52,129 bases of DNA from assembly GCA_046483305.1 (NCBI GenBank), contig JAWODM010000029.1:1-52129 (forward strand), read 5' to 3'. Positions 38,149 through 48,324 of the stretch are shown piece after piece (position 1 is the first letter of the stretch; every line of letters starts with the position of its first letter). Source of the stretch: Candidatus Krumholzibacteriales bacterium. Its GTDB lineage: Bacteria > Krumholzibacteriota > Krumholzibacteriia > Krumholzibacteriales > WJIX01. The translations under genes were made by a program, and so were the position numbers. The notes beneath the pieces were generated by a model that was not told where the DNA came from, did not search any database, and was given only the letters and a program-made list of their open reading frames with translations.

Positions 38149-40197
38149 ATGAAGAAGCTATTAACAATATTATCAATCGCCCTGGTGATGATATCATCCG
38201 GTATTGGCGACCTGTTGAGTGAAACCGGAGTAAGAACCTTTACAGAAGATTTCAGTTCTGATAATTATCTGGATCTGGAAAACAGCTCGGCCAGGTGGGA
38301 ACCTGCCCGTGGCGACCTTCGCCTGCCCGCGTATCAGATTGAGCGCCTTAGTTCATACGAGACACCCGGAAAGGCCTGGAACGCTCTTATTCATGATTTC
38401 AGGCTCTATATATCTAATGGATATTCGGGAGTACAGGTTTACGACCTGAGCGGGAATCCTGAAACGCCGTTCTATATCGGGTTTTATGACGCGCCGGGGA
38501 ATGTCCAGAGTGTTTTCGTCGCCGGAGATTCAGTTTACGTGGCCTGCGGCCCTGAGGGGTACAAGATCATAAACAGAGCGCTTCTTTACGCACCGGGCCC
38601 GGCCCCAGACTCGGACGACAGGAATTTCGTGAAATCGGAATTTCCGGAAACTACTGATAATATTATGAATTACATCAATCCCGGAAACAATATTCTGGGA
38701 GCTCCCCTGATTGATTCTTACACCTTTGATATCGAAATTGCCAGAGATTCCCTGGCTGTTATCGCTCAGTGGGATTCGGTCAAGATTGTAAAGGTCAAGA
38801 GCGAGAATAGAAGGTATATCTACGATATAGTTGATGGAAAGATTACTCCTTCCGGGGCGATGGAAGTACAGGTTGTTGGTAATTACATATTTCTGACCGA
38901 ACACAATTACGGTCTGAGAGTTTTGAGTTTTGCCGATATAGACGCGGTTATGGCAGAGTATCCGGTTCCGGGGAAGTGCTACGGATTCGATATAAGCGGA
39001 GGTTACCTCTACCTGGCCGCGGCGGAATCGGGCCTGTATATTTTAGATATCGGGGACCCGGAGTCGCCAGCCCTGGTAAGTACCTTCGATACGGATCTTG
39101 ACGCGTTGGAAGCTGACGGATACGCGGTCGATGTAACCATCGCCGGCGACTACGCCTATGTATCGGAATGGGGCGAAGCGGTAGTGGTGGTGGATATCAG
39201 CGATCCGGCGAACCCGGTTCTGGCTGGTTATTCGGAACTGGAGGACCCCACCGGGGGGCCGGCAGTTAACTGGCCCTGGGGCGTAGCGGTAAATGATACC
39301 CTGGTGTACGTGGCCGATTATACCGGTGGACTGAAGGTTCTGAGGGCTTCACCCTCATACGGGAATTCTTCATACGTGGGAAGATCCCTCCCGGTAAGTG
39401 AAGGAATTAATGAGATTTCCAGAGTTAAGCTGGATACTGACCAGGAAGGAGAAATCGGCTGGCGGGTAAGCGCCGACGGGGGAAGCAGCTGGCAGGAAAT
39501 AGAGCCCGACAACAGCTGGCACCTCCTGGATGCTCCCGGAGACCAGCTGGTCTGGGAATCGACACATTACCCGGCAGGCGGATGGACGCCTTCAAGCTGT
39601 TCGGCATTAAGTATTCAGTATGAGGGCGCTGTTGCGACTTTGCTCTCTGAATCTAACGCGGTCTTTGATGAATCGGCGGTAAGGCTGGAATGGTCTCTCA
39701 CCGATGTGGACGAGGGAGTGTCGTTCATTATAATGAGGAGTAATTACCCGGAGGAACGTTTTACCAGGCTTGCGGTGGTGGATGCCGACGGGGAACTGGA
39801 ATACAGTTATGATGACAGGTCCTGGAAAAGCGGATCCACCTATCACTACAGGGTTTATCTTGAGGATGAGGAAAATCAGACCCTCCTCTTCAATTCAGGC
39901 CCGGTAGCAGTTCCCGTATCGATGCTGTCGCTGTACCAGAATGAACCTAACCCGTTTAATCCCTCCACCAGGATTAAATACAATCTGCCGGAAAGAACGC
40001 GGGTAGCGTTGAATATCTACGATGTCTCCGGCCGGATGGTTAAATCCCTTGTGGATAAAGTGCAGGACAAGGGGCTTCACAGCGTTGTATGGAACGGAAG
40101 GGATAATGCCGGGAGAGCGGTTAGTTCCGGAGTCTATTTCTATACTCTGAATTCTGAAGCCGGCAATCTGACCAGGAAACTGGTATTGCTGAGATAA
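38149..40197 (+). CDS. Secreted LVIVD-repeat protein with C-terminal FlgD-Ig/T9SS-like domain
   Basis: GGAGG RBS then MKKLL signal; repeats GLYILDIGDPESP and VVVVDISDPANP; tail YQNEPNPFNPST..IYDVSGRMV..WNGRDNAGRAVSSGVYFY..TRKLVLLR. Confidence 0.88.
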   Translation: MKKLLTILSIALVMISSGIGDLLSETGVRTFTEDFSSDNYLDLENSSARWEPARGDLRLPAYQIERLSSYETPGKAWNALIHDFRLYISNGYSGVQVYDLSGNPETPFYIGFYDAPGNVQSVFVAGDSVYVACGPEGYKIINRALLYAPGPAPDSDDRNFVKSEFPETTDNIMNYINPGNNILGAPLIDSYTFDIEIARDSLAVIAQWDSVKIVKVKSENRRYIYDIVDGKITPSGAMEVQVVGNYIFLTEHNYGLRVLSFADIDAVMAEYPVPGKCYGFDISGGYLYLAAAESGLYILDIGDPESPALVSTFDTDLDALEADGYAVDVTIAGDYAYVSEWGEAVVVVDISDPANPVLAGYSELEDPTGGPAVNWPWGVAVNDTLVYVADYTGGLKVLRASPSYGNSSYVGRSLPVSEGINEISRVKLDTDQEGEIGWRVSADGGSSWQEIEPDNSWHLLDAPGDQLVWESTHYPAGGWTPSSCSALSIQYEGAVATLLSESNAVFDESAVRLEWSLTDVDEGVSFIIMRSNYPEERFTRLAVVDADGELEYSYDDRSWKSGSTYHYRVYLEDEENQTLLFNSGPVAVPVSMLSLYQNEPNPFNPSTRIKYNLPERTRVALNIYDVSGRMVKSLVDKVQDKGLHSVVWNGRDNAGRAVSSGVYFYTLNSEAGNLTRKLVLLR

Positions 40198-40344
40198 AAT
40201 AAGAATTACTGTATAGTCTCAGATCGACATTTACTGGATGGACAGATTCCTGAAAACGTTATCAATGTTTCCAGAGAAGTCTCCCCGGCGGGATATTGAA
40301 CCGGGCAACCGTTTTCCAGTCAGGATACGAAGCGGAATTCCTTT

Positions 40345-41235
40345 ATGAAAAAGCTGGTATTAATAATTGTCTCCATGCGGCCCAAGCAGTGGATCAAGAA
40401 TCTGCTGGTACTGGCGGGGGTTGTTTTCGCCAGGAAGTTCACCGCCTTTCCCATGATTATGAGAAGCCTTATCGGATTTGCACTTTTCTGCATGATGTCC
40501 GGAGCTGTTTATATATTAAACGACATTTTCGATCGAAGAGAGGATAAGGAACATCCTTCCAAAAAACACCGGCCCATTCCTTCCGGAAAGCTCGGCGTTT
40601 CTGCGGCTGCGTTATCCGCTTCGGCGACGATTCTGATTTCACTTACGGCGGCATACTTCATGGGGCTTGAATTTTTCCTGTTCGCGGTATTCTTCCTGGT
40701 GGTTAATCTACTTTATTCACTACTGCTGAGGAAAATGGTAATTCTGGATATCATGGGCATATCCTTCAGTTTTCTTGCCAGAGCGGGGGCGGGAGTGGCG
40801 ATTCTGCACCCGGTTGCCCCCGATATAGAATTCTCTCCATGGCTCTGGATATGCACCCTGTTCCTGTCTCTCTTTCTGGCTATCTGCAAGCGGCGGAGTG
40901 AATATTTCGTGCTGGAGAATGCCGGATTGCACAGAAAGGCCCTCCGGCAGTATTCCGGCCATTTGCTGGACCAGCTGGTAGGGTTAACCGCTACAGCGAC
41001 CCTGATATCGTATTCCATCTATACGGTATGGCCCCGCACGGTTCAGGAGTATGGCACCATGAATCTTGTGTTTACCATACCTTTCGTGGTCTTCGGGCTA
41101 ATGAGGTACCTCTACCTGGTCTACAACAGGATGAAGGGGGGCGATCCTTCCGCGGTCCTTCTCACCGAGAAGCAGATAATGGTGGATGTGTTTCTCTGGA
41201 TAACTGTCACGCTGATAATAATAAACAGCGCATGA
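40345..41235 (+). CDS. UbiA-family decaprenyl-phosphate phosphoribosyltransferase-like protein
   Basis: MRPKQWIKNLLV, YILNDIFDRREDKEHPSKKHRPIPSG, KRRSE, TIPFVVFGLMRYL. Confidence 0.9.
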   Translation: MKKLVLIIVSMRPKQWIKNLLVLAGVVFARKFTAFPMIMRSLIGFALFCMMSGAVYILNDIFDRREDKEHPSKKHRPIPSGKLGVSAAALSASATILISLTAAYFMGLEFFLFAVFFLVVNLLYSLLLRKMVILDIMGISFSFLARAGAGVAILHPVAPDIEFSPWLWICTLFLSLFLAICKRRSEYFVLENAGLHRKALRQYSGHLLDQLVGLTATATLISYSIYTVWPRTVQEYGTMNLVFTIPFVVFGLMRYLYLVYNRMKGGDPSAVLLTEKQIMVDVFLWITVTLIIINSA

Positions 41236-41392
41236 TCTGTGTTGATAAGTTGATTCCTCGAAATCCAGCTTTCATCAGCACTGAATAGCCACTCCTGACA
41301 GGACTTTCTAAGAGTTCTCAGAATAAAGTCAAATCAGGGGCAGTATTTACGGTGAGTAGATTTATACAATGTCCAGGGAAAACCGGAGGTAG

Positions 41393-41536
41393 TGATTGAT
41401 TCTGTCAAAACCGCTGTCGGTTTCTCCGGCGAGGAAACTGCCGCTCTGAGCCCCGGACCAGCTCTTTCTGACCCTGCGGGTCAGAAAACCATGCCCGCTC
41501 GCTCTCCGGAGGGTTTTGAATTAATCACTCAGCCGC
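41393..41536. repeat. Dispersed structured intergenic repeat, copy B
   Basis: Homologous to 24183-24326; terminal inverted match AGTGATTGATTC (41391-402)/GAATTAATCACT (41518-29); perfect internal hairpin TTTCTGACCC-TGC-GGGTCAGAAA (41465-87). Confidence 0.85.
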
Positions 41537-41737
41537 TTCTATCAATGCTTAAGGCCGATTCCAGTTGCTATTAAAACTAAGTTGTTGTTAAAGATTACCT
41601 CACCGACATTCTGGCTTATTTTTTGGGGAAACTCCTGGGAGGAAGCAGGATTGGAAGCAGGAATGCGGGAAAATAATTGCCGGAATTAAAAAAAGGAAAA
41701 GGGGGCATCAAACCATTCAGTCAGTAAAAGTATAATA

Positions 41738-43099
41738 TCATATATCTCCGGAAAGGTCCCAGGCCTGTTTTATCCGGTCGGCCATTCCTATTCCGCCTTT
41801 CAGATTGCCTATTATCTTAAGCCCTGGATATTTATCTTCGACCCGGCGTATTGCTTCGAATCTGGCTCTGCTCTCCACCCCGTACTGGGGAATAGCCCTG
41901 TCGTATCTCATAATCTTTAATAGCTCCGGGTTGAATTCGCCGAGCTCGAACATCTCGCTTATTTCACGGTTCAGAATTATTTCTATTTCCGAATCGTCCC
42001 TGTTATAAATATCTTCTCTTCTCACTCCTCCCAGAAAGACCGAAAGCAGAGCGCCTTCCTCAGGAGCGCGCCCTTCAAGAAAAGAAGACATGAACATTGC
42101 GCCCAGAATATCCCTTCCCTCAATATAGGGGACCAGTCCGCCGAATCCATTCAGGGGGATTCCTTTCCACTTCTCGAATCCCAGAGCAACCTGAACTACC
42201 TTTGCGTATTTAAGATTATCTATACTGGTGAGCAGTTCCCGTCTTATGAAGGGAAAGATGCCGGGGATTTCATAGGAGCCGGCTGTGGAGATAACCTTCC
42301 CGCTCCTGATGCTGCACTCTTCCCCCCTCCGGCGGAAAGTTACATTGAACCCGATTTCCTCAGGGATGACAGTTACATCCTCGGAGTTATAGATTATTCT
42401 GCTATCCTTTACAGACTCGCTCAATGCCCTGATAAAATTACCGAGCCCTCCCTCAGCTGAGAATATATCCCTGGTGGCTTTCTTTTCCATCTCGTCCTTT
42501 TCCTCAAATTTCTTCTTCAGAGCACCTCCAATAAAACTGCCGTAATTCTGTTCCAGGTTATACAGTTTGGGCAGGGCATACTTTGGAACTATTTTTGCGG
42601 GATCTCCCGCATAAACCCCTATTATAAATGGGTCGACAGCGTAATTCAGGAAGCTCTCTCCCATTCTCCTTCTTACCATTCTGTCCAAGGTCTCTTCGGG
42701 GTCGTCCCCGGGTCTCCGGAACAGCTCCCCCAGCAGACGGAATTTGTCCTTCCAGGTGAACAGTGAAGTGGTTATCCCCCCGACAGGGCTAAGGGGCAAC
42801 CGGCGCCAGCGGCCTTTCTTCCAGATATAACGATTCTTAACCGCTTTATCCGCGATCTCCATCCGGAAATAACCGGACAGCTCTTCGAAGAGTTCGGCTA
42901 CCTCACCGTATTTAACCACCCCCGTATTTGGCCCCTTTTCATAAACAAACCGGCCTGACCGGACGGTTTCTATCACTCCTCCCGGCCGGGCTGCCTTTTC
43001 CAGAACCAGTACATCCTTGCCTTTGCCTGTCAGCTTGTGGGCCAGGACCAGGCCGGTCAGCCCGCAGCCAATGATCACTATATCTGTATTCCTTCTCAT
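41738..43099 (-). CDS. hemY: FAD-dependent proto-/coproporphyrinogen oxidase (HemY family)
   Basis: IIGCGLTGL, GGVIET, YEKGPNT, DPFIIGVYAGDP, GFGGLVP, AIPQY, GIGMADRI. Confidence 0.92.
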   Translation of the reverse strand: MRRNTDIVIIGCGLTGLVLAHKLTGKGKDVLVLEKAARPGGVIETVRSGRFVYEKGPNTGVVKYGEVAELFEELSGYFRMEIADKAVKNRYIWKKGRWRRLPLSPVGGITTSLFTWKDKFRLLGELFRRPGDDPEETLDRMVRRRMGESFLNYAVDPFIIGVYAGDPAKIVPKYALPKLYNLEQNYGSFIGGALKKKFEEKDEMEKKATRDIFSAEGGLGNFIRALSESVKDSRIIYNSEDVTVIPEEIGFNVTFRRRGEECSIRSGKVISTAGSYEIPGIFPFIRRELLTSIDNLKYAKVVQVALGFEKWKGIPLNGFGGLVPYIEGRDILGAMFMSSFLEGRAPEEGALLSVFLGGVRREDIYNRDDSEIEIILNREISEMFELGEFNPELLKIMRYDRAIPQYGVESRARFEAIRRVEDKYPGLKIIGNLKGGIGMADRIKQAWDLSGDI

Positions 43100-43109
43100 A
43101 GCTTTCAGG

Positions 43110-44483
43110 TTAAATCGTTTTTGAGTACTGATTCCCGCCGCGGTCCAATGCGGGGTCGAGCGCCATGGCGATATTCCGGATCAGGAAAAAGCCCGCTGGC
43201 AATACCCTCAACCGGCCACCGCCGTATTCTACCAGCCCGTCGTCAATAAACGGCTGTATCTTATCTGTATGCAATTCCAGTATTTCCTTCAGCTCCTCAG
43301 AGGCGATTCCGTAATCTTCAGCTATTTCCGCAAAATCTACAAAATGGTTGCACATAATTTCAGTTATTACCTTCCTGACAATCTTCTCTTTATCATCCAG
43401 AACATAACCCCTCATAACAGGAAGATGACAGCTGTTTACTGAATCTATATACTCATTAACGGAACGTACATTCTGAGAGTATCCCTCTGTCAATTGGCTT
43501 ATCGCAGTTGCTCCGAAAGCGTAAACCTGCCCGGTGGTTTCCCTGGTGCAGTATCCCTGGAAATTCCTGCGCAATTCTTTTCTTTGAAGCGCCTTATAAA
43601 GTTCATCACCAGGCTTGGCGTAGTGATCCATCCCGATGGCCTGGTAACCGGCTCCGGTGAGTATATCGAATGAAACCTCCAGCATTTTAAGTTTTTCATC
43701 CGCCGGGGGTATTCTGTATTTCTCGGCCCTTTTCTGATTTTCCTTGAACCAGGGAACATGAGCGTATGAAAAGGTAACCACCCTCTCCGGGGAAATTTCA
43801 ACCACCCGCTTGACACTTCTGATAAAATCATCGAACTTCTGCCCCGGAAGCCCGTATATAAGATCAATGTTTACACCCTTGAACCCTGCTTCATCCGCCT
43901 TCCGGCAAATATTTTCAACCGGATACCTGAGAGGAAGCCGGTTAAGCCGCTTCAGAACTTCCGGGTTGAAATCCTGAACGCCGATACTCAGCCTGTTGAA
44001 TCCCATCTCTCTGAGATCGTCAATATCGTTTAATTCCAGGTAGGCGGGACTGCACTCTATGGCAACTTCCGCGCCCGGAGAGATACTGAAACGGGAAAGC
44101 AGCAATCCCATTAATTTATCTATATAGGAAAAAGGGATGGAATTGGGAGTTCCCCCTCCCCAATGGATCTGTGTAACTCTTCTTTTTAAATCCAGATAAC
44201 TGGATACCTTTTCCATTTCTTCAATAACCGCACTGAAATAATTTTCAACTGTGTCATTGTCAGCGCAAAGGCTGGTATTACATCCGCAGAAATGGCAGAT
44301 CCGGGGACAGAAGGGAACGTGGAAATAGAGTGAAATATTGTGTGGTTGCTTTTCATTGGAGCTTTTGAGAATATTTATATAATCTTCTTCGCCGAATTCT
44401 TCTGAAAAACGGTTAGCCGGCGGATAACTGGTGTACCTGGGCCCCGCAACATTGTATTTGCTTATTAACTCTTTGTCTATCAT
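43110..44483 (-). CDS. hemN: Oxygen-independent coproporphyrinogen III dehydrogenase (radical SAM)
   Basis: N-terminal GPRYTSYPP of true HemN, HVPFCPRICHFCGC, HWGGGTP, RRNFQGYC. Confidence 0.95.
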   Translation of the reverse strand: MIDKELISKYNVAGPRYTSYPPANRFSEEFGEEDYINILKSSNEKQPHNISLYFHVPFCPRICHFCGCNTSLCADNDTVENYFSAVIEEMEKVSSYLDLKRRVTQIHWGGGTPNSIPFSYIDKLMGLLLSRFSISPGAEVAIECSPAYLELNDIDDLREMGFNRLSIGVQDFNPEVLKRLNRLPLRYPVENICRKADEAGFKGVNIDLIYGLPGQKFDDFIRSVKRVVEISPERVVTFSYAHVPWFKENQKRAEKYRIPPADEKLKMLEVSFDILTGAGYQAIGMDHYAKPGDELYKALQRKELRRNFQGYCTRETTGQVYAFGATAISQLTEGYSQNVRSVNEYIDSVNSCHLPVMRGYVLDDKEKIVRKVITEIMCNHFVDFAEIAEDYGIASEELKEILELHTDKIQPFIDDGLVEYGGGRLRVLPAGFFLIRNIAMALDPALDRGGNQYSKTI

Positions 44484-45733
44484 GCGGTCTCTTCCAGCCC
44501 TTTTTCCGAAATACCGCGACCGGATTCTTCAGCAAGTTCAGGATCGTAGTACAGGTATCTCACCAGCACAATTACAGTCAGCCCCAGAGCCGCCTCGATA
44601 GAGAAAAGGCCTGTATAACCGAACAGGTCGCCAATCCGGCCGCTGATTACCACTATCAGGAGGCTGCTCAAATGGGTAATCACTATCTGCAACGAATAAT
44701 CTGTTCCCTCCAGTCCTTTTCTTACTGTGTTCATCGATATGGTGTAAACGCCTACTGAACACATCCCGTAGGCACTCCATATCAATCCTACCCCTACATA
44801 GAGCATGGGATAAGAGGGAGTCAGTATTGTCAGGGCGGCAACGTAGATTGCGCCTGCCGCTCCCAGCCCGGTGAATATCTGAAGCGCCTTTCTGTTTCCA
44901 GCCCTCCGGATAATGTACCCGCCCAGAAAAGCGCTTGCTGCCCCGCAAGCTGTACCGAAGATACCGAGTATGAAAGCTATCTCCTTTATCGAGAAACCCC
45001 GGTCCACCATGAACGGTTTGAGCATCGCCAGAATCCCTATAATCCCCGAATAGAAGAAAACAAGCAGGACCACCCTCCTGCCTATTTTCTCCTGCCTGAA
45101 GAATCCGGGAATATCTTTTATAGAAACTCTTTTCCGGGGCCGGGCTTCAGACCCTGGAGGTCTTTCACTGCTTTTTCTGTATGTCAGAACGGGAATGAGG
45201 GCCACCAGAACTATCAGACTCAGCAGAAACATAAGCCTTCTCCAGCCTATGGCGGAGTAAAGCATCAACAGAACTCCGCTGCCAAACAGGGCACCCAGAA
45301 AATTGCCGGAGGATTGAAGGCTGTTTCCATACCCCCGTTCACTCTTCCTGAGAATACGCACCGCCAGGGCATCGGAGGCGATATCCTGGGTGGCTGAAAT
45401 AACAAAGGCGATTATCATCAGCATAATAATTGTGGTGAATTGCGTTCTCAGATTGAAATAGCCAATGCATACAATCGCTGCCGCATAGAAGATCTCCGAA
45501 CCGATTATCCACCTTCTGTAGTGCATGTCGCTGTCGGCGTTGCGGTCCACGAAAGGAGCCCACAGGAATTTAAGTACCCAGGGTATTTTTATCAGCTGAA
45601 GCAGCCCTATACTGGATAGGGAATAATTCTCCATTCTCATGATTACCGGAAGAACTGTAGAAAAGAAACTCATTGGTATGGACTGAGCCAGATACAGGCT
45701 GAATAAAACACCGTATTTCTGCTTAGCTTTCAT
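44480..45733 (-). CDS. MFS transporter, AmpG/RhtX/FptX family
   Basis: LYLAQSIP, PWVLKFLWAPFVD, SATQDIASDALAV, EGTDYSLQ; about 12 TM. Confidence 0.9.
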   Translation of the reverse strand: MKAKQKYGVLFSLYLAQSIPMSFFSTVLPVIMRMENYSLSSIGLLQLIKIPWVLKFLWAPFVDRNADSDMHYRRWIIGSEIFYAAAIVCIGYFNLRTQFTTIIMLMIIAFVISATQDIASDALAVRILRKSERGYGNSLQSSGNFLGALFGSGVLLMLYSAIGWRRLMFLLSLIVLVALIPVLTYRKSSERPPGSEARPRKRVSIKDIPGFFRQEKIGRRVVLLVFFYSGIIGILAMLKPFMVDRGFSIKEIAFILGIFGTACGAASAFLGGYIIRRAGNRKALQIFTGLGAAGAIYVAALTILTPSYPMLYVGVGLIWSAYGMCSVGVYTISMNTVRKGLEGTDYSLQIVITHLSSLLIVVISGRIGDLFGYTGLFSIEAALGLTVIVLVRYLYYDPELAEESGRGISEKGLEETA

Positions 45734-45743
45734 TTATCTGTTT

Positions 45744-47921
45744 TTAATTAAAGCTCATGCTGACGCTCATCCCGAACCTGGCAGGAAGCCCCCTCTGCGC
45801 GAATGAGCTTCGAAGAGGAGAAAATTCAAAAAGAAATGCGTTGAAATCGTTATCAAAAATATTCTTGCCCCACAGGGAAACTCTAATATCTCCGGCCAGG
45901 GCGGCGACTTTCACATTTAAAGTGCCATAGTAATCTTCTTTCAGAGTATTTTCATCGTTCCAGAAATGCTTGCCGATACCCCTGTATGAACAATGTAACC
46001 TCATTTCATCTAGGAGCGCTGATCTGAATATGTGCCTGTAATCAGCTCCCAGGTTGAATGTCATTCTGGGAATGTACGGGATATAGTTGCCCGAATAGTC
46101 TGTCTCCGCATCCCTCTCATAAAGGTCATACTTCGCCTCAGTATAGGCAAAATTGGAGAACAATATCAGATTGCGGACAGGTTTGTATTTGATCTCCAGC
46201 TCCGCGCCCTGACTGTGCGATTCTCCCGCATTCTTGAGCATCGAACCCTGACCGCTGGGAACCGGCTGATAGACCTGCTGATCCTCCCAGTCAATATAAT
46301 ATAACGCCCCGTGGATGTTAAGCGACTTATCGAGAACCCTCTGTTTAAAGCCAATTTCGTAATTGGTGCTGTATTCAGGACCGAATGAGAGATCCTCTTC
46401 CCTCTCGATGGTTGAATTAAAACCTCCGCTTTTATAACCTCTGGTGACCGTCGCGTATTGCACCGAATTTTCGCCGGGGTTGTAGTGCAAAGATACTTTA
46501 GGAAGAAGAATTGGCTTGCTCATACTTTCATCAAAATCATCTATTAATGATTTGCTGCCCAGCATCTCCAGCTGATAGAGATAATCCAGCCCTGTCTCTT
46601 CAACTTCGTATCTGAGCCCCCCGGTCAATTTCAGGTCTTGCACCAGAAGATCTGCATAGGTCAACTGGCCGAATACCGCTCCTCCCAGAACCATCTTATC
46701 GTAACTCTTATGCTTTATCATCTCTCCGGGAAGACGATATCTATCAACGGCATCCTGTCCATAAGTTACATCCACCTTCTTAGCACGGGTCTGATAATAC
46801 CCGAACAGGCCCGCCACATATTCCAATCTGGAACGGCCTGAATTTGATACGTTAAGTTCCTGGGTGATATATCTGTTTCTCCTGTCCTGCTGCACACTGA
46901 AAAGGTCCAGAGTAGTGAAATCCTGGTCTATATCCTGGAAATCATCAAGAAGCTGCACAGAGGATACGGAATTCAGTTTTATCCCTCCCAGCTTAATATC
47001 CGCTATAATCCCCGCGGTGACAAGATCTCTCCTGTACTCGCTTTGGTGGTCATAACTTATCGCATCAAGATTTTCTCCATCCTCGGTCATGGCATACGGA
47101 TAACCGTCGTTTTTAGTTCGGCCCGCGTCCAGTATAAACTGGACATCGGAATATTCAGATATGTTGTAATCCAGTTTCAGCCGCCCGGCTAAGTTGTTCT
47201 CGCCTCCGATGGTCCTGTCAGTGAAAGTGTTTTGGTAGTATCCATCCCCGTAACTGTAATTGCCCGAAATAGATAGATTGAGCCGTTTTTCTATCAACGG
47301 TCGGTCCTGTTTCAGATAGATATTTCTCTTATCGTAACTTCCGTATCCAAGTTTGAATTCAGTTCTGGTAAAATCTCCCGGGTCGTGCGTGTGGATCTTT
47401 ATCAGCCCACCGAGCGAATTCCTGCCGTAGAGGGTTCCCTGGGGCCCCTTCAGTATCTCTATCCTAGATATGTCATACAGGTCGAAGTTAAAGGTAGCTT
47501 TGGCGTAATACGGTATTTCATCCACGTAAAGGCCCACCGTCGGTTCGTTTATCCTGGTACCCACCCCCCTTATGAATATCGGAGAATTAAGGGCGGTACC
47601 GTAATCGGGCATGTGGAAACCCGGCGCTATACCTGAAAAGTCGGTCAAATCCTCTATCCCCTTACTCTCCTGCTGATACCCGGTGTAAAGAGATATTGAA
47701 GAGGGGATATCGTAAAGCAGTTTGGAACTCTTATCGGAGGTCACCATTATGGTGTCGATATAAAACTCGTCAAGAGCCAGAGTATCGGAGACGGCACTCT
47801 CAATTGAATATTTGGGCATGGGAGTTTCGGGTCTTTCCTCAGCAATGGATGATGAAGCCAGTCCGAAAACAAGAAGAATAATGACTGCTTTACTAAACTT
47901 CATAACTTTTCTAACATGCAT
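45744..47921 (-). CDS. TonB-dependent outer-membrane receptor
   Basis: Signal peptide, TonB box DTIMVTS, plug IFIRGVG and RIEILKGPQGTLYGRN, GYKSGGFN, C-terminal FGMSVSMSFN. Confidence 0.95.
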   Translation of the reverse strand: MHVRKVMKFSKAVIILLVFGLASSSIAEERPETPMPKYSIESAVSDTLALDEFYIDTIMVTSDKSSKLLYDIPSSISLYTGYQQESKGIEDLTDFSGIAPGFHMPDYGTALNSPIFIRGVGTRINEPTVGLYVDEIPYYAKATFNFDLYDISRIEILKGPQGTLYGRNSLGGLIKIHTHDPGDFTRTEFKLGYGSYDKRNIYLKQDRPLIEKRLNLSISGNYSYGDGYYQNTFTDRTIGGENNLAGRLKLDYNISEYSDVQFILDAGRTKNDGYPYAMTEDGENLDAISYDHQSEYRRDLVTAGIIADIKLGGIKLNSVSSVQLLDDFQDIDQDFTTLDLFSVQQDRRNRYITQELNVSNSGRSRLEYVAGLFGYYQTRAKKVDVTYGQDAVDRYRLPGEMIKHKSYDKMVLGGAVFGQLTYADLLVQDLKLTGGLRYEVEETGLDYLYQLEMLGSKSLIDDFDESMSKPILLPKVSLHYNPGENSVQYATVTRGYKSGGFNSTIEREEDLSFGPEYSTNYEIGFKQRVLDKSLNIHGALYYIDWEDQQVYQPVPSGQGSMLKNAGESHSQGAELEIKYKPVRNLILFSNFAYTEAKYDLYERDAETDYSGNYIPYIPRMTFNLGADYRHIFRSALLDEMRLHCSYRGIGKHFWNDENTLKEDYYGTLNVKVAALAGDIRVSLWGKNIFDNDFNAFLFEFSPLRSSFAQRGLPARFGMSVSMSFN

Positions 47922-48000
47922 GATTGTTCCTATACTTTCAAGGGAATAAATCCGGGGCTACTGTCCGTGGTCAGAAAGTGGAGAAATAACTCTTCCTGAA

Positions 48001-48324
48001 TTATTGCCTCCTCTTCTTCCTCCGCGGGTTTTCCGGAAACCAACCCTTCCTCACTCTCTTCTCCTGCTCAATTATTTCTCCTATGCCCCAGAGATAAGTA
48101 AACCCGAAAATACTGAGGAGTGAAGATGGAATGAAGGAGCTGACCAGCAGGGAGAGCGCCAGGCCCGTTAAACCTAAAACAAGGAAACCGGCCCAGAATC
48201 TCCTGGTAAAATAATACTCAGCCTTGATCGTGCTGTAACGGCCAATGGCGATAATAAGAAACGCCCCCGCGCCTATTATAATTCCAGTGAGATTATATGT
48301 TCCTACATATACACCCATAATCAT
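48001..48324 (-). CDS. DUF4491-like small membrane protein
   Basis: NLTGIIIGAGAFLII..IKAEYYF..WGIGEIIEQEKRVRKGWFPENP; 3 TM. Confidence 0.8.
   Translation of the reverse strand: MIMGVYVGTYNLTGIIIGAGAFLIIAIGRYSTIKAEYYFTRRFWAGFLVLGLTGLALSLLVSSFIPSSLLSIFGFTYLWGIGEIIEQEKRVRKGWFPENPRRKKRRQ

Noticed and set aside
41392..41574. 60-aa ORF preceded by GGAGGT
   Set aside because: It overlaps repeat copy B; the RBS is only 1 nt from the GTG; the matching frame in copy A has no start (TGA at 24173-75) and differs mostly by non-synonymous changes.
41641..41662. Direct repeat GGAAGCAGGA x2
   Set aside because: Only two 10-bp units with a 2-bp spacer; not an array.
47922..48000. Cobalamin or TPP riboswitch before the TonB receptor
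   Set aside because: The gap is only 79 bp and shows no B12-box or TPP core motifs.
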